From assembly GCA_947494705.1 (NCBI GenBank), contig CANLVN010000005.1:7835-71834 (forward strand): 64,000 bases of DNA. The letters run 5' to 3'. Within the stretch, counting starts at the first letter, position 1, and the number at the start of each line of letters is the position of its first letter. Both the position numbers and the translations under genes were made by a program. The stretch is from an uncultured Erythrobacter sp. Its GTDB lineage: Bacteria; Pseudomonadota; Alphaproteobacteria; Sphingomonadales; Sphingomonadaceae. The notes under the pieces were generated by a model, which saw only the letters and a list, made by a program, of their open reading frames with translations, did not search any database and was not told the DNA's origin. Below are positions 9,655-20,806 of this stretch, piece after piece.

Positions 9655-10076
9655 CAGTCGACCTCGATGAACAGCGGGATCACGATGCGGGTTTCTTCGC
9701 CCGTATCGTCGTTGCGGATGATCAGGGTCACTTCGTCGAGGCCGCGAAAGAACTCGATAGTCTGCCCGCCGAAGGTGATCGTGCCCTGATCCTGCGGATT
9801 TTCGCCGAAGATCGCATCGACGATCTGCGAGGACAGCGCCGAAAGCAGTCGCGATTCAAGCTGCCGCGCGAAGATGCTCGCCTGATTGTTGCGGTCCTGA
9901 GAACGCGGGTCGCGATTCTTGTTCTGGGCATTCGCAATGCCGAGAATATGGCTGGAATTGAAGGCGTTGCCCCCGAATGTCGGGCTAATCGGCTCGTGCA
10001 CCAGATCTTGCGCCATGACAGGGCTTGCGGCTGTCAGCCCACCCAGCACGAGCGCGGTTGCGACGAAACGTTTCAT
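9654..10076 (-). CDS. csgF: Curli assembly protein CsgF
   Basis: Signal peptide then QDLVHEPISPTFGGNAFNSSHILGIANAQN, the CsgF N-terminal signature (x-P-x-x-P-x-FGG-N-x-x-N); LESRLLSAL; stop overlaps the csgG ATG. Confidence 0.9.
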   Translation of the reverse strand: MKRFVATALVLGGLTAASPVMAQDLVHEPISPTFGGNAFNSSHILGIANAQNKNRDPRSQDRNNQASIFARQLESRLLSALSSQIVDAIFGENPQDQGTITFGGQTIEFFRGLDEVTLIIRNDDTGEETRIVIPLFIEVD

Positions 10077-10258
10077 GAATACCCCCCGGTCGTCGAACTG
10101 GACGACCCCCTCAATCGTTAACGACAATGGTGCATTTCTAAGGAACGTTATGGAACGAGTCGAGTGCTTTCCTCGCGCAAGGCCGTAAATCCGATGTCTT
10201 TCCCGGTTCTGCGCGTCGAATGCCTTGCAACTGTGTCTTCATGACACAGCCATCGCGA

Positions 10259-12874
<2,616 letters not shown>

Positions 12875-12876
12875 TA

Positions 12877-13923
12877 TCAGGCTGCTACCACGAATGCTTC
12901 CAGGCCCGACAGGCGCATGGCTGTTTCGGGAGAGGGGATTTTGCGCGGCTCAAGATCTTTCACCGCTTCGGCAATCGCCTTGATATGCGCTGGCGAGGAG
13001 CCGCAGCAACCGCCCAGGATATTGACCTGCCCACCTTCGGCCCACTGCCTTACCAGGCTGGCGGTGGTGTCCGGCATCTCGTCATACTCGCCCAGTTCGT
13101 TCGGGAGACCGGCGTTGGGATAGGCCATGATGAGCGTATCGGCGAGGCTGGAGAGCACCTTCACATGCGGGCGCAACTGATCTGCGCCAAAGCTGCAATT
13201 GAGGCCGATGGTCACGGGCTTTGCATGGCGCACCGCGTACCAGAACGCCTCGACAGTGTGGCCCGACAGGTTGCGGCCCGACAGGTCGGTAAGCGTCATC
13301 GAGATCATCACCGGCACCTCGCGGCCCAGCTCGGCCTCGAGCTGCTTCACGGCCATGACACCGGCCTTTGCGTTAAGCGTGTCGAAAACCGTCTCGATGA
13401 GGATGAAATCGCATCCCCCTTCGATCAGCGCGGCGGCCTGTTCCTTGTAGACCGCGGTGAGTTCATCGAAGTCGATCTCGCGGAAGCCGGGGTCCTCGAC
13501 ATCGGGTGACAGCGACAGCGTCTTGTTGGTCGGCCCGATCGCCCCGGCGATAAAGCGGGGACGGCCATCCTTGGCTTCGTATTCGTCGCAAAGTTCGCGC
13601 GCGATTCTGCCGCTCGCGATATTGATCGCGGCAACCTTGTCCTCCGCCGCGTAATCGGCTTGGCTGATGCGATTGGCGGAAAAAGTGTTGGTCGAGACCA
13701 CGTCCGAACCAGCATCGAGATATGCGCGCGTAATATCGGCGATAACGTCGGGCCGCGTCAGCGCGAGGATGTCGTTATTGCCCTTCTGGTCGGCCTTCAG
13801 CCCCAGATCGCCCGCATAATCCTCTTCGGTCAGCTTGCGCTCCTGGATCTGCGTCCCGAACGCGCCATCGGAGATGAGCACGCGGCTTGCGGCTGCTTCG
13901 ATCAGTCTTTCGCGAGCATTCAT
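12877..13923 (-). CDS. metH: Homocysteine-binding (S-methyltransferase) half of a split methionine synthase
   Basis: [56 protein letters not shown]; its stop lies 2 nt before the ATG of the C-terminal half. Confidence 0.92.
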   Translation of the reverse strand: MNARERLIEAAASRVLISDGAFGTQIQERKLTEEDYAGDLGLKADQKGNNDILALTRPDVIADITRAYLDAGSDVVSTNTFSANRISQADYAAEDKVAAINIASGRIARELCDEYEAKDGRPRFIAGAIGPTNKTLSLSPDVEDPGFREIDFDELTAVYKEQAAALIEGGCDFILIETVFDTLNAKAGVMAVKQLEAELGREVPVMISMTLTDLSGRNLSGHTVEAFWYAVRHAKPVTIGLNCSFGADQLRPHVKVLSSLADTLIMAYPNAGLPNELGEYDEMPDTTASLVRQWAEGGQVNILGGCCGSSPAHIKAIAEAVKDLEPRKIPSPETAMRLSGLEAFVVAA

Positions 13924-14861
13924 GCCTTGTCTCCTGCCACGTCTTTTTCGGGGCGCTTGCCGAGCATGTGGCAGATCGCATAGCTGAGCTCGGCGCGGTT
14001 CAGCGTGTAGAAGTGGAACTGGCGAACCCCGCCCGCATAAAGCTTGCGACACAATTCGGCGGCGATGGTTGCGCTGACCAGCTGGCGCGCGGCGGGACGC
14101 TCGTCGAGACCGTCGAACAATCCTTCCATCCAGCCGGGAATTGCGGTGCCGCACATGTCCGACATGCGCTGGACCGCTGCAAAGCTCATGACCGGCATGA
14201 TGCCCGGCACGATCTCTGCATCGATCCCGGCCTTGGCCGCGTCGTCGCGAAAGCGGAAGAAGCATTCGGGATCGAAAAAGAATTGCGTGATCGCCCGGTC
14301 GGCCCCGGCATCGAACTTGGCCTTCAGGTTCTCGATATCTGCCTGCGCATCCGGGCTGTCGGGATGGACCTCGGGATAGGCGGCGACCGAAATCTCGAAA
14401 TCGGCGACTTTCTTGAGGCCCGCAATCAAATCGGCGGCATTTTCATAGCCGCCGGGATGCGGAGAATAACCGTCCGCGCCGTCAGGCGGATCGCCGCGCA
14501 GGGCGACGATGTGACGAATTCCCTCTTCCCAGTAATGGCGCGCGACTTCGTCGACCTCCTCCTTCGTCGCATTCACGCAGGTAAGGTGCGCGGCGGCGGG
14601 GATCTGTGTTTCATTCTGGATGCGCACCACCTGTTCATGCGTGCGCTCGCGGGTCGTGCCGCCCGCACCATAGGTGACCGAAAAAAACCTTGGCCCCAGC
14701 GGCGAGAGCGTCGCGACACTGTCCCAGAGCGTCTGCGCCATCTTGTCGCTCTTGGGCGGGAAGAACTCGAAGCTGACTTCGATATCGCCGGGCAGGTCGG
14801 AAAAGAGCGGCGCATCGAGCGCGGTCTTCGCTTCGTGGAGCTGGTTGAGGGTCGGGGTCAT
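13920..14861 (-). CDS. metF: 5,10-methylenetetrahydrofolate reductase
   Basis: VSFEFFPPK, SVTYGAGG, AAHLTCV, ALRGDPP, AITQFFFD, HFYTLNR; ATGA overlaps at both ends. Confidence 0.96.
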   Translation of the reverse strand: MTPTLNQLHEAKTALDAPLFSDLPGDIEVSFEFFPPKSDKMAQTLWDSVATLSPLGPRFFSVTYGAGGTTRERTHEQVVRIQNETQIPAAAHLTCVNATKEEVDEVARHYWEEGIRHIVALRGDPPDGADGYSPHPGGYENAADLIAGLKKVADFEISVAAYPEVHPDSPDAQADIENLKAKFDAGADRAITQFFFDPECFFRFRDDAAKAGIDAEIVPGIMPVMSFAAVQRMSDMCGTAIPGWMEGLFDGLDERPAARQLVSATIAAELCRKLYAGGVRQFHFYTLNRAELSYAICHMLGKRPEKDVAGDKA

Positions 14862-15862
14862 GAGTGGGCTTCCTTGCGGGACGATGCTGTTTGCTTGGCG
14901 GTATCCTCGACGGGCGAACCGCGGCGCTTGCCGATCCATATCTTCACCACCAACTGCGCGCCTTCGAGAGCCACCGGTTGCGAGGCGACGAAGCCGGCGG
15001 CGCCGAGCAGCGCCTCCATCTGGCGGTCGGAAAATCCGAGCCGCGCATGCTGGTATCGGTCGCGCAATTCCTCGTTGGTGTGCGCTGCGAAATCGACGAT
15101 GGCGATGCGCCCGCCGGGGCGCGTGACCCGCGCCGCCTCGGTCATGGCAAGTTCGGGGTCCTGTGCGAAATGGAGCACCTGGTGCAGGAGGACGGTGTCG
15201 AAGCTGGCAGCGGCGAACGGCAGGTCTGCAAAGTCGCCCTGTACCAGTTCGACCTGCGCGGTTGGTAGGTGCTGGAGTTTTGCCCGCGCGACCCGAAGCA
15301 TTTCGAGGTTCTTGTCGAGCGCGACGATGTGATCGGCGTCGTCGGCGAACAGTTCGGCCATACGCCCGGTACCGGTTCCGATGTCCAGCACCGCACCCAG
15401 CGGAGCATCGGCCAGCGCGCGGGCAAGTTCGTCCTCGACCTCGATGTCGGGTGTGTGCAGCGCGCGAAGTTCGTCCCATTCGCCGGCATGGCGGGCAAAA
15501 TAGTTCTCCGCGTTGCTGTCACGTGCGGAGCGGATCGCGGCAAGCTTGCGACGATCGGCGGCGCATTGCTCGGCAAACTCGGGATGTTGTGCCTGGGCTG
15601 TGGCGAGCAGCCGGTCAAGCGCGGCCAGAACCGGCCCGGCATCCTCACCGCCAACGGCACGAAGAAACACCCAGCTACCCTCACGGCGTCGTTCGGCAAG
15701 GCCTGCGTCACACAGAATGCCGACATGGCGCGATACGCGCGGCTGACTCTGCCCAAGGACCTGTGCAAGTTCGCCGACCGCAAGCTCCATCGCCGAAAGC
15801 AGCCGCGCAATGCGCAGCCGGGTCGGGTCGGCAAGAGCCTTGAAGATAGCGTCGATCGACAT
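14858..15862 (-). CDS. sahR: ArsR-HTH + SAM-methyltransferase fusion regulator (SahR type)
   Basis: IFKALADPTRLRI...SQPRVSRHVGIL...RREGSWVF (ArsR) fused to LDIGTGTGRM...HQVLHF (methyltransferase); heads the metF-metH operon. Confidence 0.85.
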   Translation of the reverse strand: MSIDAIFKALADPTRLRIARLLSAMELAVGELAQVLGQSQPRVSRHVGILCDAGLAERRREGSWVFLRAVGGEDAGPVLAALDRLLATAQAQHPEFAEQCAADRRKLAAIRSARDSNAENYFARHAGEWDELRALHTPDIEVEDELARALADAPLGAVLDIGTGTGRMAELFADDADHIVALDKNLEMLRVARAKLQHLPTAQVELVQGDFADLPFAAASFDTVLLHQVLHFAQDPELAMTEAARVTRPGGRIAIVDFAAHTNEELRDRYQHARLGFSDRQMEALLGAAGFVASQPVALEGAQLVVKIWIGKRRGSPVEDTAKQTASSRKEAHS

Positions 15863-15870
15863 CTGGAAGG

Positions 15871-15896
15871 CACATATAAAGATATTTTTATATGTG
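15871..15896. promoter_or_regulatory. Palindromic SahR-type operator
   Basis: CACATATAAAGATATTTTTATATGTG, an AT-rich near-perfect inverted repeat 9 nt upstream of the sahR start, resembling the ATATAAAG-N-CTTTATAT type motif described for SahR. Confidence 0.8.
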
Positions 15897-15985
15897 TAAA
15901 TCGGCTCTGCACGAAACTTGTCATGTCTGCGTGCAATCCCGGATGCAATTGACCGGGCTCGCGTTTCGATTACGGCCCACCGATT

Positions 15986-17065
15986 ATGGATGAAATGCGA
16001 ACCTACGCCATCATCGGCTGCGGCATGATGGGCCGCGAACACATGTCCAACCTTGCTCTGGTGCCCGATGCCCGACTGGTCGCCATTGCCGACCCGGACG
16101 CTGGCTCTCGGCAGGAAGCGCAGGCGCATGCAGCCTCACTGGGACAGGACGTCGCGCTGTTCGAGGACAACAGCGCCATGCTGTCCGAGGTCGAGCCGGA
16201 TGCGGTCATCATCGCGTCGCCCAACTATACACATTATGATGTCGTGCGCCCGGTCATGGATGCAGGCTGCGCAATCCTGATGGAAAAGCCGATGTGCACC
16301 GCGATCGATGAAGCCGTGGTGCTGACGCGCAAGGCGAAGGCCTATCCGAACCTTTTCTGGGTCGGCCTCGAATATCGCTACATGCCACCCGTCACTCGCT
16401 TCATCGAGCGGGTCCATGCGGGCGAAGCGGGCGACATAAAGATGCTCGCCATCCGCGAACACCGCTTCCCTTTCCTCCAGAAAGTCGGGGACTGGAACCG
16501 CTTCAACCGCAACACCGGCGGCACCCTTGTCGAGAAATGCTGCCACTTCTTCGATCTGATGCGCCACATCCTGCAGGACGAACCGGTGCGCATCTTTGCC
16601 AGCGGTGCGCAGGACGTGAACCATCTCGACGAACGCTATGACGGGCAAGTGCCGGACATCATCGACAACGCGTTCGTGCTCGTCGACTTCGCTGGCGGAG
16701 CGCGCGCCGCGCTCGACCTGTGCATGTTCGCCGAGGGATCGGAGGAACAGGAAGAGATCAGCGCGGTCGGCCCGGTTGGCAAGCTCGAAGTCAAGCTGCC
16801 CGGTGCTAAGGTAACCTGGTCGCCGCGCGACAAGTCCGGCCCGTTCGTCGAGAATGTCGCGACACCCGACGATGCGTTGGCGGCGGGCGATCACCACGGA
16901 GCCACCTATTATCAGTTGCTGGAATTTCACCGATCCCTGATTTCGGGAACTCCCCCCGCCGTCGGTGCGCTTGATGGGTGGCGCTCTGTTCAGATGGGCG
17001 CCGCTGCGCAGGAAAGTATAGCGACGGGCCTGCCGGTTGATCTCAATCTTACAGGAGACGCCTGA
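15986..17065 (+). CDS. Gfo/Idh/MocA family NAD(P)-dependent oxidoreductase
   Basis: YAIIGCGMMG, IIASPNYTH, ILMEKPM, GGTLVEKCCHFFDL. Confidence 0.9.
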   Translation: MDEMRTYAIIGCGMMGREHMSNLALVPDARLVAIADPDAGSRQEAQAHAASLGQDVALFEDNSAMLSEVEPDAVIIASPNYTHYDVVRPVMDAGCAILMEKPMCTAIDEAVVLTRKAKAYPNLFWVGLEYRYMPPVTRFIERVHAGEAGDIKMLAIREHRFPFLQKVGDWNRFNRNTGGTLVEKCCHFFDLMRHILQDEPVRIFASGAQDVNHLDERYDGQVPDIIDNAFVLVDFAGGARAALDLCMFAEGSEEQEEISAVGPVGKLEVKLPGAKVTWSPRDKSGPFVENVATPDDALAAGDHHGATYYQLLEFHRSLISGTPPAVGALDGWRSVQMGAAAQESIATGLPVDLNLTGDA

Positions 17066-18025
17066 ATGCTCGAACAAGCCCCCCAAGTCGGATTTGGCCT
17101 ATGGAAAGTTCCCAAGGACGAAGCCGCCGATGTCGTGGTCGAGGCCATTCGCGCCGGATACCGCCATTTCGACAGCGCCGCCGATTACGGCAACGAGAAG
17201 CAGGTGGGCGAAGGCATCGCCCGAGCGATCGACGATGGCCTCGTCACGCGCGAGGAATTGTGGATCACTTCAAAGCTGTGGAACACGTTTCACGCTCCCG
17301 AACATGTCGAGCTGGGCTATCGCAAGACCCTCAACGACCTCGGGCTCGACCGACTGGACCTCTACCTGATCCACTTTCCGATCGCGCTCGAGTTCACGCC
17401 GATCGACCAACGCTATCCGCCCGACTGGATTTACGATCCTGACGCTGAGAACCCGCAAATGCGCCGTGCGAAGGTGCCGTTGCAGGAGACATGGCGCGCG
17501 ATGGAGGCTCTCGTCGAGAAGGGCCTTGTGCGCCAGATCGGGGTTGCGAATTACAACACCGCGCTGCTCCACGACCTGATGAACTATTCGACGATCGAGC
17601 CCAGCATGCTCCAGGTCGAACTGCACCCCTATCTGCCGCAGGAGCGGCTGCTGCGACTGGCGCGCGAAGTGTACGGCATCCCGGTGACTGCCTATTCACC
17701 CTTCGGCGGCAATTCCTATGTCGAGATGGGCAAGGCAGAGGAAACCGAAAGCCCGCTGAGCGAGGCCGCCGTTCGCGCCGCCGCCGAAGCGCACGGCAAG
17801 AGCACCGCTCAGGTCGTGCTGCGCTGGGGAGTGCAGCGCGGAACCCATGTGATACCCAAGAGCACCGACCCCGAGCACATGCGCGACAATCTCGACGTAC
17901 TCGACTGGTCCCTGTCCGATGCCGAGATGGACGCGATCACCGGATTGAAGCGCGGTCGGCGGTTCAACGACCCGGGCTCTTTCACGCAAAGCGACTTCAA
18001 CTCGTTCCACCCGATCTATGAGTGA
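17066..18025 (+). CDS. Aldo/keto reductase (xylose-reductase-like)
   Basis: GFGLWKV, GYRHFDSAADYGNE, ITSKLWN, DLYLIHFP, QVELHPYL, IPKS. Confidence 0.92.
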   Translation: MLEQAPQVGFGLWKVPKDEAADVVVEAIRAGYRHFDSAADYGNEKQVGEGIARAIDDGLVTREELWITSKLWNTFHAPEHVELGYRKTLNDLGLDRLDLYLIHFPIALEFTPIDQRYPPDWIYDPDAENPQMRRAKVPLQETWRAMEALVEKGLVRQIGVANYNTALLHDLMNYSTIEPSMLQVELHPYLPQERLLRLAREVYGIPVTAYSPFGGNSYVEMGKAEETESPLSEAAVRAAAEAHGKSTAQVVLRWGVQRGTHVIPKSTDPEHMRDNLDVLDWSLSDAEMDAITGLKRGRRFNDPGSFTQSDFNSFHPIYE

Positions 18026-18926
18026 CTTTCCCGCGATCATCGCGGGCGGAGGCAGTCTTGCCGCCTTCCTTTCCGCGAACAAACAGGCGGTGGACGCCGC
18101 GCTCGCCGATGCGGGTGCCTTGCTGTTTCGAGGGTTCGACGTGCCGGACCCGCAGGCCTTCGACGCGGTCGTCGAGGGCTATGGTGAGCACGGTTTTACC
18201 TACGAGGATTCGCTCAGCAATGCGGTACGCACCAATGTGACCGCGCGCGTCTTTACCGCGAACGAAGCGCCGCCTTCGACCGAGATATTCCTCCATCACG
18301 AAATGGCGCAGACCCCGCTCTATCCTTCGCGGCTGTTCTTCTATTGCGAGGTGGCTGCGTCCGAAGGCGGGGCGACTCCGCTTTGCCGGTCGGACCGGGT
18401 ACTCGAACGGCTGGAAAGCGAGGCTCCCGATTTCATCGCCCGGGTCGAGGCCGAGGGGGTGCGCTACACCAACGTGATGCCAGGCACCGACGATGCGGGG
18501 TCGGGACAGGGCCGCTCATGGAAGAGCACGCTCAGCGTCGATGACAAGTCGCAGGCCGAGGCGCGGTTGCGCGAACTCGGATACGATTGGGAATGGCAGG
18601 ATGACGGCTCGCTGCGCGCGACGACGCCGGTGCTGGAGGCCGTGCGCACGCTGCCCGACGGGCGGCGGACCTTCTTCAACCAGTTGATCGCGGCGTTTCG
18701 CGGCTGGGCCGACAGCCGCAACGATCCCGGCAAGGCGATCACCTTCGGTGACGGCTCGACAATGAGCGCCGAGGACATGGCCCCTGCTATCGCGATTGCC
18801 GACGAGTTGATCTGCGATCTCGCATGGCAGGCGGGCGACGTCGCGCTGATCGACAACTTCCTAGTCATGCATGGCCGCCGTCCCTTTTCGGGGAAGCGGC
18901 GGGTGCTCGCGAGCCTGGTTGCCTGA
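18018..18926 (+). CDS. TauD/TfdA (SyrP/clavaminate-synthase-like) Fe(II)/2-oxoglutarate dioxygenase
   Basis: GALLFRGF, IFLHHEMAQ (H-x-E), LFFYCEVAASEGGATPL, WQAGDVALIDNFLVMHGRRPFSGKRRVLASL. Confidence 0.88.
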   Translation: MSDFPAIIAGGGSLAAFLSANKQAVDAALADAGALLFRGFDVPDPQAFDAVVEGYGEHGFTYEDSLSNAVRTNVTARVFTANEAPPSTEIFLHHEMAQTPLYPSRLFFYCEVAASEGGATPLCRSDRVLERLESEAPDFIARVEAEGVRYTNVMPGTDDAGSGQGRSWKSTLSVDDKSQAEARLRELGYDWEWQDDGSLRATTPVLEAVRTLPDGRRTFFNQLIAAFRGWADSRNDPGKAITFGDGSTMSAEDMAPAIAIADELICDLAWQAGDVALIDNFLVMHGRRPFSGKRRVLASLVA

Positions 18927-20610
18927 ACCACGCAATAGCCCAGATGGCTATGGTCGCAGCGACCAGAGCTGCGATCAGCAACGAGAACAGCGTCCCCGGC
19001 CCGTCCGACGAAGCTACACCCAATGGCGAGAACAACAGATAGGTCGCCACAACGCAGGCGAGCAGCGTGACCGCGAGCGGCCTTGCAAAGCGCCACGGGG
19101 TCAGATCGACCTGAGCATTGGGCGTAAACCGCCAGGCCTCTTCACGCGGTCGCAGCCACCCACATGCCAGCATGATGGCAACCTCGATCACGAACAGCAC
19201 GGCGTAGAGGTGGATGAAGTGCAGCGTCACCACGTCGGCCAGCGCGAACCGGATCACTCCGTATGCGACGACGTGGAAGACGATCACGATCTTCGCCCCC
19301 AGCGCTGGCACGCGGCTCGTGAACAGGCCGACGATCACGATCACGATGGTGGGGATGTTGTAGAAGCCGGTGAAGATGCGGATGATCTGCCACAGCCCTT
19401 CGGGCGAGAAGTAGAGCAGCGGCGCGACCACGAAGCTGAACAGCGCGATCACCACGCTCGCGATCTTGGCGACGCGGACCAATTCGGCATCTCCGGGCCG
19501 GTCCCCGCGCGCGGGCGCATAGATGTCGAGGGCGAACAGCGTCGCCGCCGAGTTGAGCAGTGAGTTGAACGAACTGAACACCGCGCCCAGCAGAACCGCT
19601 AGGAAGAAGCCCGACATCCACACCGGAAGCACATCGCGGATCAGGCGAGGATAGGCCTCGTCTATCGTGCCAAGGCCCGGCCCGTACATGTGGAACGCGA
19701 TCACGCCGGGCACCATCATCAGGAACGGCACCAGCACCTTGAAGAAGCCCGAGAACAGCACCCCCTTCTGCCCTTCAGCAAGGCTCTTGGCGCCCAGTGT
19801 CCTCTGGATGACGTATTGGTTGGTGCACCAGTAGAACAGGTTGGCGAAGATCATGCCGGTGAACAGCGTCCCGAACGGTGTCGGCGCGTCGGCATCGCCG
19901 ATGGCGTTGAGCTTCTCGGTATGCTCGCTGCCCAGCTGCGCCAGCCCTGCTCCAAAGTCCCCATCGCCCAGCGCGATCAGGGCGAAGACCGGCACCGAGA
20001 CGCCGATGACGAGCAGCCCGATGCCGTTGAGCGTATCCGATACCGCCACCGCGCGCAGGCCGCCGAAGACGGCATAGACCGCTCCGACCAGTCCGATCAC
20101 CACCACCGTCGCGACCAGCGCCGGGAAGTAGGCCAGCCCCGTCAGACCCTGCACATCGAACAGCAGCAGGACCGCGACCGATCCCGAATAGAGCACGCTG
20201 GGGATGGTCACGAGCCCGTATCCCAGCATGAACAGCACAACCGACATGCGCCGCACGGTCGCATCGAAGCGGTCGCCCAGAAACTGCGGCAAGGTGGTGA
20301 AGGCGCCTGTAAGGTACTTGGGCAGGAACACCAGCGCCATCGCAATGGTCGCCACTGCCGCCGTGACCTCCCAGCCCATGCTCGACAGGTTGTAACCATA
20401 GGCCGAGCCGTTCAGCCCGATCAGCTGCTCTGCAGACAGGTTGGTCAGCAACAGCGATCCGGCGATGAAGCCCGCACCCAGCCCGCGCCCGGCGAGGAAG
20501 TAGCCGTCGCGCGTATCGGCCATCCCGCGCGTCATGTACCAGCTGACCCAGCCGACCAGCGCCATGAACACCGCGCAGCTTATCAGGGTGAAGAGCAGGC
20601 TACCGGTCAT
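18865..20610 (-). CDS. Sodium:solute symporter (SSS), YidK-like sugar/polyol transporter
   Basis: GYFLAGRGL...SLLLTNLSAEQLIGLNGSAY, YWCTNQYVIQRTLGAKSLAEGQKG, SSFNSLLNSAATLFALDIY. Confidence 0.92.
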   Translation of the reverse strand: MTGSLLFTLISCAVFMALVGWVSWYMTRGMADTRDGYFLAGRGLGAGFIAGSLLLTNLSAEQLIGLNGSAYGYNLSSMGWEVTAAVATIAMALVFLPKYLTGAFTTLPQFLGDRFDATVRRMSVVLFMLGYGLVTIPSVLYSGSVAVLLLFDVQGLTGLAYFPALVATVVVIGLVGAVYAVFGGLRAVAVSDTLNGIGLLVIGVSVPVFALIALGDGDFGAGLAQLGSEHTEKLNAIGDADAPTPFGTLFTGMIFANLFYWCTNQYVIQRTLGAKSLAEGQKGVLFSGFFKVLVPFLMMVPGVIAFHMYGPGLGTIDEAYPRLIRDVLPVWMSGFFLAVLLGAVFSSFNSLLNSAATLFALDIYAPARGDRPGDAELVRVAKIASVVIALFSFVVAPLLYFSPEGLWQIIRIFTGFYNIPTIVIVIVGLFTSRVPALGAKIVIVFHVVAYGVIRFALADVVTLHFIHLYAVLFVIEVAIMLACGWLRPREEAWRFTPNAQVDLTPWRFARPLAVTLLACVVATYLLFSPLGVASSDGPGTLFSLLIAALVAATIAIWAIAWFRQPGSRAPAASPKRDGGHA

Positions 20611-20806
20611 CGCCAGCCCCTCTGCCCGTGCGGGATGGAACAGCCACCCACCCCTTTTGAAAAACCGCCGCCCACCCGATATCGCCTGTTTATCAGCCCC
20701 TTGGAGCCACAGGGCGCGCCGGAAGTGTCAACTTCCGCGCAAAAGGAGTTCGGCTGCATCATCGGCCAGCGAAATACACTCCCGCACAAGTGTAGGAAAT
20801 CGCCGT

